From: Armatimonadota bacterium
GTDB lineage: Bacteria; Armatimonadota; Fimbriimonadia; Fimbriimonadales; Fimbriimonadaceae
Direction of reading: 5' to 3'
DNA: 64,000 nucleotides
NCBI GenBank assembly: GCA_037141835.1
Contig: JBAXBU010000007.1
Span: 365 to 64,364, forward strand
This document shows, piece after piece, positions 1 to 9,647 of the stretch (positions are counted from its first letter, which is position 1; each line of letters opens with the position of its first letter). The notes below the pieces were generated by a model, which worked only from the letters and a program-made list of their open reading frames with translations, was not told the DNA's origin and searched no databases. A program made the translations under genes and the position numbers.

Positions 1-78
1 ATAGTAAACAGAGATCCAAGAGCGACAAACCGGAAACATATTCGACGCATCGTTAGCCTACAGCATATTCGATATTGG

Positions 79-1263
79 TTATTCTTTGAGAACCCTTAGT
101 AAAGCGACAAAATCAATCAGCTTTCCTAGTTGGCCACTGTAATCGGGATTTTGGCTATCGATGTCTCGACCAGAGACATTCAGGGCATTCCTTATCTCGT
201 GAGGTGATCGTCTTGGACAACTAGAAAGTGCTGCGGCAAGGCAACCGGATACGATGGGAGCAGAGAGAGAGGTTCCCGACCAAACCGCACTACCTCCGTC
301 ATACCACGCGCTGAGGACGCCAGAAGCTGGAGCAGCTACCCTTGCCACCGAATTCCAATTGCTAAATGGTGCCTTGGTATTGTCAGACATTAGTCCAGTT
401 ACACAAATGACATTCGAGTATCCAGCTGGATACAGGGTCATATTTGAAGCGTTGTTGCCAATTGGTGATACTATAACGGATCCGGACTGTTCAACCCAAT
501 CAAGAAGACCTGGGAAACCTGCAAGTTGATTGCGTGAACCAAGGCTTAGGTTGATGATCTTTGTGTCATTTTCCACGCAAAACACGACCCCTTGTAGGAC
601 CGACCAGGAGTCGCCGACTCCGTCACTGTCGGCTGACTTAGCGATGACAAGAGGTGTATTTGGAGCTATCTGAAGGATAACTCCTGCTACCATTGTCCCG
701 TGTCCTGCTCCTTCATCAAAAGCGCCATTAAGATTAGTATCCAAGTTGCGAGGTGAATCGTTGATGGATCTTGAACTAGGAACAAATGACATTCCCGCGA
801 CGACATTATCAAGGATTGAAGGCTGGCTAAATGAGACACCAGTATCGACAATTCCAACCTTTAAATTGGAGGACAGAGTGGCGAGGGGAACAAAATTGAT
901 CTGCTTGAATATGCCCTTGTTGATGGCGGCAGAGGTTTCTCGGTCAAAGATAGCGGCAACCGAACTTCCGTGACTACTATAATTCCCTCTAAAGCTGGTT
1001 AGGGCTTCGTCTTCGGCCCAAACAATTCGTTCATCTGACTCTAAAAATTGGGAATACAATTGTCCGGATTCGCCTTCAACCTCCAATCTTACGAACGGTG
1101 ACTTACCGGCTTGCTCACAGTCAAGGATGAACGGATAGTCCCTTACTAAGGCAGCAATATCTGTTGGGTCTTTGAACCTGACAATTATTCCGCGGGCTTT
1201 GGATTGGCAAAAGAGAGTTAGAAAAGCAGCTACGGCAAAAAGCAGACGATAGTGAGTATTCAT
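79..1263 (-). CDS. Secreted S8 (subtilisin-like) serine peptidase
   Basis: Signal-peptide-like N-terminus; catalytic triad motifs GIVDTG, GAGHGTMVAG, WSGTSLSAP. Confidence 0.93.
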   Translation of the reverse strand: MNTHYRLLFAVAAFLTLFCQSKARGIIVRFKDPTDIAALVRDYPFILDCEQAGKSPFVRLEVEGESGQLYSQFLESDERIVWAEDEALTSFRGNYSSHGSSVAAIFDRETSAAINKGIFKQINFVPLATLSSNLKVGIVDTGVSFSQPSILDNVVAGMSFVPSSRSINDSPRNLDTNLNGAFDEGAGHGTMVAGVILQIAPNTPLVIAKSADSDGVGDSWSVLQGVVFCVENDTKIINLSLGSRNQLAGFPGLLDWVEQSGSVIVSPIGNNASNMTLYPAGYSNVICVTGLMSDNTKAPFSNWNSVARVAAPASGVLSAWYDGGSAVWSGTSLSAPIVSGCLAAALSSCPRRSPHEIRNALNVSGRDIDSQNPDYSGQLGKLIDFVALLRVLKE

Positions 1264-1499
1264 GGGGGAACCAAACTTTGTGAAGAGCTCAACAAAGTGG
1301 GGTATTGGCTCCTCTCAAGTCGGTTCATTCCTTGCTTGATGCAAACCAAGACCTGACAGAAAAACCAATTTTCCGGTTTGGCGACGAACGCCGTATTGGA
1401 TGCTTCAGCGGAGAATCCAAAAATTCAAAAAGTTATTGTAAATAGGCGACAGAATTTGCCAGTGCCACCAGTTTCGAATTTTATCTAAGGACAGAAAGG

Positions 1500-2684
1500 T
1501 TATTTTCTCAATAAGAACATTAGATTCTTGAAGTCTAAAAGCCTTCCGAGCTGTCCTCGATAGTTCAAATTAATACCGTCAATATCCCGTCCGGAGTTTT
1601 TTACGGCTGACCTTATCTGGCTCGGTGTCTTAAATGGTTTGGCCGAAAGCCCTGCCGCTATACAGCCGGTAACAAGGGGAGCAGAAAATGATGTCCCAGA
1701 CCAAACGGCAGTTCCACCGTCGTGCCAGGCGCTCAATATTCCTGTTGCCGGTGTAGAAACCATTGCCTTTGACTCCCAATTGCTAAATGGCGCTTTGGTG
1801 TTGTTGGGTAACAATCCTGAACAGCAAATAACGCTAGAATAGCCAGCCGGGAAGAGAGTCATTTTTAAGCCATTATTGCCAATCGGAGAAACAATAACAC
1901 TTCCCGCATCACTAACCCAATCAAGGAATTCCGAAAAACCTGCGAGGTGATTGGGAGACCCTAGGCTTACATTGATAACCTTTGCTCCGTTCTCAACACA
2001 AAAGACAACTCCCTTCATGACTGACCAAGATGTTGCAATCCCGTCGCTGTCCGCAGACTTGGCTACAACAAGGCGGGTATTTGGCACAATCTGAAGAATG
2101 ATCCCGGCAATCATGGTTCCGTGTCCAGCGCCTTCATCAAACTGACCATTAAGGTTTGTATCAAGATTTGTTGGGACATCGTCAATTGTCGGCGAACCAT
2201 GTACGAAGCTCGCGCTGGCGACCACGTTCCTTCGAATCGATGGTTGAAACCTTGAAACGCCTGTGTCGACGATACCTACTCGAATTGGCAAAAGCCTTCG
2301 GGTTAATCCAGACAAATTAATCTGTCTCCAAATGCCAGTATTCAAAGCAAAGGTTGCGGTTCGATCATATATTGCGGCAACGGAACTCCCATGACTACTT
2401 TGATTTTCTGGAGAATCAAACTCCTCTTCTTCTTCAACCCATACGATACGGACATCCTGACCTAATGCAAGTTCAAGTGCCTCCATATTTGAACGGGAAA
2501 CTTCAAATCGAACAAATGGAGATAACCCAGCTACCTCTACTCCGAAGATTTGTGGGTAATCGGCGACAATGGAAGGTATTTGAGCCGGATCGACTACTCG
2601 CGCAATGACACCATTAGCCAATGCAATATTGATGGTTGCCATCAATGAGATGAGAGTTATGAGAACACGAAGGTTTTTTTTCAT
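1500..2684 (-). CDS. Secreted S8 serine peptidase, paralog of 79-1263
   Basis: GIVDTG, GAGHGTMIAG, WSGTSFSAP. Likely start MKKNLR at 2684, overlapping the CHAT stop codon (ATGA at 2681-2684). Confidence 0.93.
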   Translation of the reverse strand: MKKNLRVLITLISLMATINIALANGVIARVVDPAQIPSIVADYPQIFGVEVAGLSPFVRFEVSRSNMEALELALGQDVRIVWVEEEEEFDSPENQSSHGSSVAAIYDRTATFALNTGIWRQINLSGLTRRLLPIRVGIVDTGVSRFQPSIRRNVVASASFVHGSPTIDDVPTNLDTNLNGQFDEGAGHGTMIAGIILQIVPNTRLVVAKSADSDGIATSWSVMKGVVFCVENGAKVINVSLGSPNHLAGFSEFLDWVSDAGSVIVSPIGNNGLKMTLFPAGYSSVICCSGLLPNNTKAPFSNWESKAMVSTPATGILSAWHDGGTAVWSGTSFSAPLVTGCIAAGLSAKPFKTPSQIRSAVKNSGRDIDGINLNYRGQLGRLLDFKNLMFLLRK

Positions 2685-5329
2685 TGTGAGTAGCCGCCAA
2701 ACATTACGAGAGATCCCCAATAAGCCGGATCAACAAATTTAGATTTTATGTCCGCCCTTGCTTCACAAAGTGAAGAACTGACCGACTTTCCATCTTTTAG
2801 TTTACGATAGAATGAGCCAAATCCGTACTCGGCCACCTGGTCATTGAGTGGCCAAAGCGACCCAATAACGACTTCGCTCCGCCTTGCTAAAAAAGCTCGT
2901 GCGAGCCCTTGAGGCTCCCAGCCTGATGGTTGTCCCATTGACGCGGAATCGCAAGAAGCGAGGGTTGCAAATCTTGTTCGAAAAGATGATCGGGCAATAT
3001 CGCAAGCCAAAAGATGTCCATCCTGAAGCTGAATACTCGAGAACATCGGATTTTCGTGGTCATATTTTCCGTGCCCCGCGACGTGGATGAGATCAAATGT
3101 CTGATCTGCCGTGGACTTCAAAATTTCATCCACCGTTGAAAAGATTTTTGCGTCCGGAAACAAAGAACGAATTTGTTCGACTTCACATTCAATATGAGGG
3201 AGGTCTTTCCGTGAAAAATACCAAATTCCAACTTTGGGGTTAGAACCTAGGACATGTTGATCGGGAGATGTTCCTGCACTTGACCGAAGATGGAGTACGG
3301 TTTCCTGAGGAGTAAGAAGAGCCCAGGGGATTTGGTAGGCAACGTCTTCGAGGCAAACATGAAGAATGTTGTGATGCGACTCCAAAAATTCAACGCCTAA
3401 GTCTGCCCTTAGGCGGTCCAATTCTTGATTCAATCGTTTCACATCCGATTCAAATCCAGACAACGGTGCCATGAGCTCAAAATGAATCCACCGAAGTCTT
3501 TTGATGAGATCCTCTCTGGTCATCTTAAGTCGCCTACCTTTTTCCCTCGATAACCAAGCTGAGCCTTGAGTCAAGAAGACGAAAGAGTTGACCGGAATTG
3601 GAGATAATGCAGATCTTTCAGGTGTCCCCTCAAGCAATTGGTTCACCCCAATTTGTTCGAGATATTCTCGGACAAGGGATGGTTTGCTTTGAGTTCCTTT
3701 TTCAAGTTGCCGCAAAGGTCCACCGGGAAGTTGATCGCCGCCTTCTGCCGAAACTTCCTGTCTAATTTGACTCAGGATAGATTGAGCTTTCTCGTTAAAC
3801 GAATTCGAGCTCCCAAGCATAAATTCGTCGAGCAATGTGATCGATCTCAAGTCCGAAATGACTTGAATTGCTTCCTTAATCGAGGTAGTCGAATTCCTTT
3901 CGATCAGCAGGCTCAGGTAACTCCGAATGCTCACTAAACATGGTTGGATCAAGCTCGTTCTAGCGGTAACCGACGAAAGCTTGGCTCGATAAGACAATAT
4001 TGCCTTAACCATCTTCCGATATTCAGATAGGGCTGTTTGAACTGATTCAGCTTTATTGGCACGAATAGCATGGATTCGCCAAGCCTCGTTCACAAAGCCA
4101 AATCGTCGAATGATCCGACTGGCTTCAGCCAATATCTCTTCATTTTCCTTTGTGATCGACGCAAGATCCAGCAGAGCACCAACGAGGAAATGGAACATGC
4201 GTCTTTTGCGCAGGTCCACAATGGATTCCTTCAGCACCTTTTCAGCTTGCTTTTTTCTTCCTAAAGCAATTTCGGACCGTGCAACTCCGATTTGAGCAAG
4301 ATTTACCAGAGCTAGATCACCGAACTTTCGATAGATTCGGGCAGCTCGAACGTACAAGCCTTTTGCCTCTGTCGCATTTCCTTGAAATAGTTTTACGTCT
4401 CCGAGTCCTACCAGACTGTTACCGAGATTAAGTGGCGACTGGTGGATACCCTTAGAATGAATCGCGGATTGAAAAGCGTTTCCCGCCGATTCAAAAACTT
4501 GAAGCACCAACCAGGCGTCGCCAAGAAATTGACCCAACCGTGCAAATTCTAAGGAGTCCGGATCAGACAGGGATCTAAGCTCTGAAAAAATTCTGATCGA
4601 CTCGTCCGCCTCACCCATCAACAGATGGCATTGCCCAACGTTAACTTGAGCGTGGCGACTATAGGCTGTGGCTCCCATCTCCGCCATTGAGTCTCTTGCC
4701 TCGGCGGCCAATGCGAAAGTCTTGCTCGGAAAATCGGTATAGAGAGCGGCGCTCGACGCTCCTAGGAGAGCAGATGCCGCCTCTAATTTGAACGGCGAGT
4801 TCCTGAGGCATTCGAATGCTCGGGCAAAGCACCGGCGAGCGTCATGATGGCGGTCTGCCCAGAGATAAGCATTTCCCGTATTTAACCAAGCCCGTCCAGC
4901 GAGACCCAACTCGCCTAATGCTTCCAACTTAACCGCAATCGATTTTCCCAGCCGAACAGCAGAATCTGTCTTGCCTGCTCGAGCAAGGCTATCGATGGCC
5001 CCGGTTTTAAAACTGATCTTTTCGATCGATCCTTTCGCAAGTGTTCCGGAGTGGACAAATGCCTTTGCACTAGAATCCCAGTTTCCTCGGATTCTTTCCA
5101 ATGCGCCTTTTGCACGCCACGCAAATGATGGATCATCCCCGAACTTTCCAACGATTTCCCACCCTTCGGCAAGATTCCTAGCCGCAATTGGGTTTTCGCC
5201 AAGTAGCTTCGCAACCCGGAGAAAGTATTGTTCGGAAAATCCGGACGGTGGTTTGTGAGTCTTTAGTAGGGCCCTTTTGCTGGTTAAGTCAGCTCTTTCA
5301 AAGTTCTCCAGCAGGCTAAGTGTTTCCAT
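2681..5329 (-). CDS. TPR-repeat + CHAT (caspase-like, clan CD) protease
   Basis: Ala/Leu-rich helical TPR-like repeats over the N-terminal ~450 aa; C-terminal CHAT motifs LIHVAGHG and TLASCDS, followed by GLARAFL..VIGSLWPLND and YWGSLVMFG. Confidence 0.9.
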   Translation of the reverse strand: METLSLLENFERADLTSKRALLKTHKPPSGFSEQYFLRVAKLLGENPIAARNLAEGWEIVGKFGDDPSFAWRAKGALERIRGNWDSSAKAFVHSGTLAKGSIEKISFKTGAIDSLARAGKTDSAVRLGKSIAVKLEALGELGLAGRAWLNTGNAYLWADRHHDARRCFARAFECLRNSPFKLEAASALLGASSAALYTDFPSKTFALAAEARDSMAEMGATAYSRHAQVNVGQCHLLMGEADESIRIFSELRSLSDPDSLEFARLGQFLGDAWLVLQVFESAGNAFQSAIHSKGIHQSPLNLGNSLVGLGDVKLFQGNATEAKGLYVRAARIYRKFGDLALVNLAQIGVARSEIALGRKKQAEKVLKESIVDLRKRRMFHFLVGALLDLASITKENEEILAEASRIIRRFGFVNEAWRIHAIRANKAESVQTALSEYRKMVKAILSYRAKLSSVTARTSLIQPCLVSIRSYLSLLIERNSTTSIKEAIQVISDLRSITLLDEFMLGSSNSFNEKAQSILSQIRQEVSAEGGDQLPGGPLRQLEKGTQSKPSLVREYLEQIGVNQLLEGTPERSALSPIPVNSFVFLTQGSAWLSREKGRRLKMTREDLIKRLRWIHFELMAPLSGFESDVKRLNQELDRLRADLGVEFLESHHNILHVCLEDVAYQIPWALLTPQETVLHLRSSAGTSPDQHVLGSNPKVGIWYFSRKDLPHIECEVEQIRSLFPDAKIFSTVDEILKSTADQTFDLIHVAGHGKYDHENPMFSSIQLQDGHLLACDIARSSFRTRFATLASCDSASMGQPSGWEPQGLARAFLARRSEVVIGSLWPLNDQVAEYGFGSFYRKLKDGKSVSSSLCEARADIKSKFVDPAYWGSLVMFGGYSQ

Positions 5330-5870
5330 CTCCAGACTCGTCGATCACGATCGGAAGAAGGATCGTGATCGTTTCATTTTGTAGGGAAAGTGGCTCAATG
5401 TTCGCCGCTTGGACGTCCAACTCAAATTCACCATTTTCGCCACAAGGTGAGCTCATTTGTCCAGACCAAACTGTCCAACCAGGTTCGGATGTTCGCCCCC
5501 AAATACGCCAACCGTTGGGAATGTCTTCTAACTGGATTCTTACTTCAACCTCTTCCGAAACAAATTTGAACTGGGTTACCGTGCCTCGTGCAAAGCCGAG
5601 AAGTGGCTGAGGACGAAAAATCTGAGCAATCGAGAACTTCCGATTTGTTTCTGGCATCATCGCCTTGACTTTGTCTATAAGATTTAGCGGCGCGGAACGA
5701 TGCTGAACCTCAAGAGAACGATGGATGGTTCGATACTGCTCGATGACCAATACTTCGGTGTCAGAGAGCAAATCGCGCGGAGCCTCAGTGCTCCTGGCTA
5801 AGTCCCAAAGCTCAGCCAATCGTAATTCAGTTAGGTTCGATTGCATGTTCAAATACTCAAGAGGACTCAA
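5316..5870 (-). CDS. Hypothetical 184-aa soluble protein, putative anti-sigma factor/CHAT partner
   Basis: Overlaps both the sigma gene and the CHAT gene by 14 bp; helical N-terminus and beta-rich C-terminus. Function inferred only from position. Confidence 0.7.
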   Translation of the reverse strand: MSPLEYLNMQSNLTELRLAELWDLARSTEAPRDLLSDTEVLVIEQYRTIHRSLEVQHRSAPLNLIDKVKAMMPETNRKFSIAQIFRPQPLLGFARGTVTQFKFVSEEVEVRIQLEDIPNGWRIWGRTSEPGWTVWSGQMSSPCGENGEFELDVQAANIEPLSLQNETITILLPIVIDESGDGNT

Positions 5871-6534
5871 TGTCCGGATTTAATTCACTTTCAAAAAATT
5901 TTGCCGAAAGAAGTGCTTTTCGAAGCCGCTCGATACATCGGGAGCGAGTCGGCCCGATCGACCCCGATGGAATATCCAACTTGGTCTTAATCTCTTCGTA
6001 GCTACTTTCGTTTTCAGAATAGAGCATCGAAAGGAGCTGGGGACACTTGCCCGGTAGCTGGCTCATAACACGCCTAATTGCCCCAGATTGGATCGCTGCA
6101 ACAGTTACTTCTTCGATGGTCGCTTCTTCGTTCGCCAGCATTTCATCGAGATTCTCGATTGCGTCAAACGAAACCGCAGACTTATCGCGGTTTTGGCGGT
6201 GAAGCCGAATCGCTTCCCGAGCTGCGGTTGTCGCTAACCACTTTGGAAGGGCTAGCGCGGAATCAATACGGTCAAGATTCTTGTAAAGGATCAAAAACAC
6301 TTTTTGAAAGGTGTCCTCGGCGTCCTCATTTCTTAATCCAACTCGATAGATGGAGGACCAAACAAGCGATTGAAAGCGGTCAACCAATACGCTCCAAGAA
6401 GCGGAATCGCCAGCTTTGCACTTGCGAACCAATATTTCTAAATCTGAAACAAAAGGTTCCTTACCCATGCGTTTGGCGAGTATATCATAGGCTTTTTCTA
6501 CTTGAGCTACGGTCAATGGCGGAACAATCTTCAA
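5857..6534 (-). CDS. ECF-type RNA polymerase sigma-70 factor
   Basis: Region 2 (AEDTFQKVFLILYKNL, LPKWLATTAAREA) and region 4 (SYEEIKTKLDIPSGSIGPTRSRCIERLRK); start codon uncertain (TTG). Confidence 0.92.
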   Translation of the reverse strand: MKIVPPLTVAQVEKAYDILAKRMGKEPFVSDLEILVRKCKAGDSASWSVLVDRFQSLVWSSIYRVGLRNEDAEDTFQKVFLILYKNLDRIDSALALPKWLATTAAREAIRLHRQNRDKSAVSFDAIENLDEMLANEEATIEEVTVAAIQSGAIRRVMSQLPGKCPQLLSMLYSENESSYEEIKTKLDIPSGSIGPTRSRCIERLRKALLSAKFFESELNPDIESS

Positions 6535-6601
6535 AGTCTTTGGTTCTGGAGGGCGTATTCCAGAATTGGAGACTTGAAAACCTAGTTAATTGAACATAAA
6601 C

Positions 6602-7276
6602 CTAAATCCGCTTCCAGTATCCGCGCGGGTGAAAGGTGACCATATACTTTTCTCTCGAAGCATCATTTTCAAATGGGGGTTTGGTCTTAAGCCAATTATC
6701 CAATGCTTCCATAGGGCCAGGTCCGTGTTCCTTAAGTACTGGATGACCAAAAACGTTGGTGTCTTCAATGACCAAATAGCAACCCAACGAGACACAATGC
6801 GCCCAAACATCTAGTTCCTTTCGGACGTGAGACTCGGAGTGATCCGAATCCAAAATCACCATGACCCGCTTTCCTTCAGCCCGCGCTTTGACTTTTTCAA
6901 CAACTGATGCTTCAATCGAGGAAGCAGTGATGAACTCGACTCGAGGATGAGTCGGCAAATTGGATTGGGGCTCAATATCAATTGAAACAATTTCTCCTTC
7001 TCCCATCAAATCAAAAAGGGATGCATAGAACATCGCGCTCCCACCATCAAATGTGCCTGTTTCGATGATCAGTTGAGGACGAGTTTCATAGATGATTTCC
7101 TGCTTAATCCAAAGATCAAAGGGTATCTGCTGTACGGGGGTCCCCATCCACCTTGTGTTCTTCCAAGTGGTATCTCGACGATGAAAATAAATCAGCTTGT
7201 GAAAAAGCGTAATCGTTATCGGGGTGAGAACTCGCCAAAGGGCCGCGTTAAGTTTGAGGCGAATTCTATGAAGCAC
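6602..7276 (-). CDS. CmcI / cephalosporin hydroxylase family SAM-dependent methyltransferase
   Basis: WMGTPVQQIPFDLW, IIETGTFDGGSA, VILDSDHS, YLVIEDT motifs. Confidence 0.85.
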   Translation of the reverse strand: MLHRIRLKLNAALWRVLTPITITLFHKLIYFHRRDTTWKNTRWMGTPVQQIPFDLWIKQEIIYETRPQLIIETGTFDGGSAMFYASLFDLMGEGEIVSIDIEPQSNLPTHPRVEFITASSIEASVVEKVKARAEGKRVMVILDSDHSESHVRKELDVWAHCVSLGCYLVIEDTNVFGHPVLKEHGPGPMEALDNWLKTKPPFENDASREKYMVTFHPRGYWKRI

Positions 7277-7333
7277 ATCTTATTTTAACTGGAAACCTTC
7301 CCCAAAAGAGTCTTAGGTAACCTGAACCTAGGT

Positions 7334-8368
7334 TTGACGAACTTAAATAGCTCTCCACATCGACGATACAACCCCCTGTTAAATGAATGGGTTTTGGTTT
7401 CGCCCCACCGTACCCAACGACCATGGCAAGGGCAACAAGAAGTGGCGAATAAAGGTAGTCGTCCGGCCCATGATCCAGGCTGCTATTTGTGCGCGAACAA
7501 TAAGCGAGCAAGTGGCGATACGAATCCAGACTATCTTGATACTTTTGTTTTCGTCAACGATTTTGCTGCGCTAACCAAGGATGAGTTTTCAATTCAACCT
7601 TCGGCAAGTCCACTTTTTCAGGCTGAATCCATCAACGGCGAATGTCGAGTTATCTGCTTTTCGCCTCGTCATGATCTAACCCTTGCCGAAATGCCGGTGG
7701 AAAAAATTTCCAACGTAGTATCGCTATGGACAGACCAGTATGCTGAACTTTCTACTCAGTACGAGTGGGTGCAAATCTTTGAAAACAAGGGTTCAGTAAT
7801 GGGCTGTTCTAACCCCCACCCTCATGGTCAAATTTGGGCAAGTAGTTCCATACCTACTCTCGCTTTGAAGGAAGAAAGTTCAATGGCTTCCTACTTCGAA
7901 AGAGCCGGTACTCCAATGCTTCAGAGTATTGTTGACGAAGAGATAAGGTCGGGTGAGCGAATTGTTGAGCTGACCGAACATTGGCTCGCAATTGTGCCTT
8001 TTTGGGCGGTCTGGCCATTTGAGATTCTGCTTTTGCCGCGAATATCAGTTCCAACCCTTAACGAACTAACCCCTGATGTAGAGCTGGATCTCGCGACGAT
8101 TCTATCGCGACTGCTCATTCGTTACGATAACCTGTTTGAAACCAGTTTCCCTTACAGCATGGGCTGGCACAACGCTCCAGGTAATTCCTCTCAGCCCAAC
8201 GCATGGACCGTACATGCGCACTTCTATCCACCGTTACTTCGGTCAGCCACAGTCAAGAAGTTTATGGTCGGTTATGAAATGCTTGGCGAACCACAGCGGG
8301 ATATTACGCCCGAGCAAGCAGCCAAGATGTTGAGAGATGTCTCTTCAGTACACTATAAGCATTCATGA
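7334..8368 (+). CDS. galT: Galactose-1-phosphate uridylyltransferase
   Basis: HRRYNPL..EWVLVSPHRTQRPWQG; GCSNPHPHGQIWA active site; FPYSMGWH. Confidence 0.97.
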   Translation: MTNLNSSPHRRYNPLLNEWVLVSPHRTQRPWQGQQEVANKGSRPAHDPGCYLCANNKRASGDTNPDYLDTFVFVNDFAALTKDEFSIQPSASPLFQAESINGECRVICFSPRHDLTLAEMPVEKISNVVSLWTDQYAELSTQYEWVQIFENKGSVMGCSNPHPHGQIWASSSIPTLALKEESSMASYFERAGTPMLQSIVDEEIRSGERIVELTEHWLAIVPFWAVWPFEILLLPRISVPTLNELTPDVELDLATILSRLLIRYDNLFETSFPYSMGWHNAPGNSSQPNAWTVHAHFYPPLLRSATVKKFMVGYEMLGEPQRDITPEQAAKMLRDVSSVHYKHS

Positions 8369-9195
8369 AGATCGGAATTGCCACGTGTTACAACATCCCC
8401 GAGCCAGATATTGATGAAACGATTGTGATCGAAGCGTTTGAGCGTCGAGGGCACGAAACTCACCTGGTGCCATGGGATGAACCGACGATTGATTGGTCGG
8501 ACTTCGATGGCGTAATCGTACGTTCGACATGGAATTATCCGGATTTTTCCGAGCAATTTGCTGCCTGGATAGGACGGGCAGGCGAGGTTACGACCCTACT
8601 CAATCCTGGCACCATCATGCTGGCAAACATGGACAAAAGCTATCTGATCGACATTGCAGAGAGCGGCGTCAATGTTGTGCCAACAAAGTGGATTAATACG
8701 TCCGAGGCCGAGAGTCTTGAAAAATTACTCACGAGCAAATCGGTAATCAAGCCGGCGATCGGTGCCGGCTCGATGGATACCCAGTTTTTTGAAGTTAACG
8801 AACTCCAAGATGCGATTGCTTGGCTCAAATCAATGGGTCCAAACCGGATGTTCATGGTTCAGCCCTATTTTGAATCCATCAACACGGTCGGTGAGCAGTC
8901 AATTATCTGCATCGGACCAGAGCCCAGCCATCGTATTGTCAAGCACCCTCGCTTCGCCGGACAAGAGGAAAGTGTCGATGGTCCATTTGAATGTGGAGAG
9001 TTTGAAACATTAGCAAGGGAAGTCATTGAGCCAGTTAAGGATCAAATTTTGTACGCCCGCGTTGATCTAATGATGGACGACGCGGGAGTTTGGCGGCTGT
9101 CTGAGCTCGAGCTCATCGAACCGTCATTGTTTTTCAGTTTGAAACCAGAAGCCCTCGACTTACTCATTGATCGAGCTGAACTGATGCTTTCCTGA
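8365..9195 (+). CDS. RimK-like ATP-grasp domain protein
   Basis: VIVRSTWNY, VIKPAIGAGS, MVQPYF, YARVDL, ELELIEPSLF; ATGA overlap with galT. Confidence 0.85.
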   Translation: MKIGIATCYNIPEPDIDETIVIEAFERRGHETHLVPWDEPTIDWSDFDGVIVRSTWNYPDFSEQFAAWIGRAGEVTTLLNPGTIMLANMDKSYLIDIAESGVNVVPTKWINTSEAESLEKLLTSKSVIKPAIGAGSMDTQFFEVNELQDAIAWLKSMGPNRMFMVQPYFESINTVGEQSIICIGPEPSHRIVKHPRFAGQEESVDGPFECGEFETLAREVIEPVKDQILYARVDLMMDDAGVWRLSELELIEPSLFFSLKPEALDLLIDRAELMLS

Positions 9196-9228
9196 GAAGT
9201 AGTCCCCGGTCGATTCGTCTAGTCGAAT

Positions 9229-9642
9229 ATGGACTTTCGAATTTGGGCCCTTTTATCCGCAGTATTCGCCGGGGCAACTGCGGTTCTCGCCAAAAAAGGA
9301 GTGGATGGAGTGCCGCCAAATCTGGCCCTCTTGGTGCGAGTCGGGTTTGTGTTTGTCTTTTCCCTCGGTCTGGCATTGGCAACGAAGCAAGGGGCATTCT
9401 CCTCGCTCACCAAGTCAAACTGGATGTTTCTAGGATTTTCCGCAGTGGCAACATGGCTTTCGTGGCTGTGCTACTTCAGGGCACTACAGGGTGGTGAAGT
9501 ATCGAGGGTAGCTCCAATCGACAAACTCAGCTTTGTCATCGCAATGGTTCTCGGAATAATCTTCCTTCGCGAAAAAGTCGACGCAAAATTAATCGGAGGA
9601 GCGGCAATGATTGCGGGTGGCGTCTTGTTGACTCTCAAGTAG
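9229..9642 (+). CDS. EamA family transporter
   Basis: Four hydrophobic helices; SWLCYFRALQ..VSRVAPIDKLS. Confidence 0.9.
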   Translation: MDFRIWALLSAVFAGATAVLAKKGVDGVPPNLALLVRVGFVFVFSLGLALATKQGAFSSLTKSNWMFLGFSAVATWLSWLCYFRALQGGEVSRVAPIDKLSFVIAMVLGIIFLREKVDAKLIGGAAMIAGGVLLTLK

Positions 9643-9647
9643 GGACT

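Noticed and set aside
79-6534. Type III-E CRISPR (Craspase) locus or gasdermin system
   Set aside because: No repeats/spacers, Cas7-11 or gasdermin-like gene nearby; only the protease/sigma logic is analogous.
6078-6593. 171-aa plus-strand ORF opposite the sigma factor
   Set aside because: Antisense shadow with no recognisable domain.
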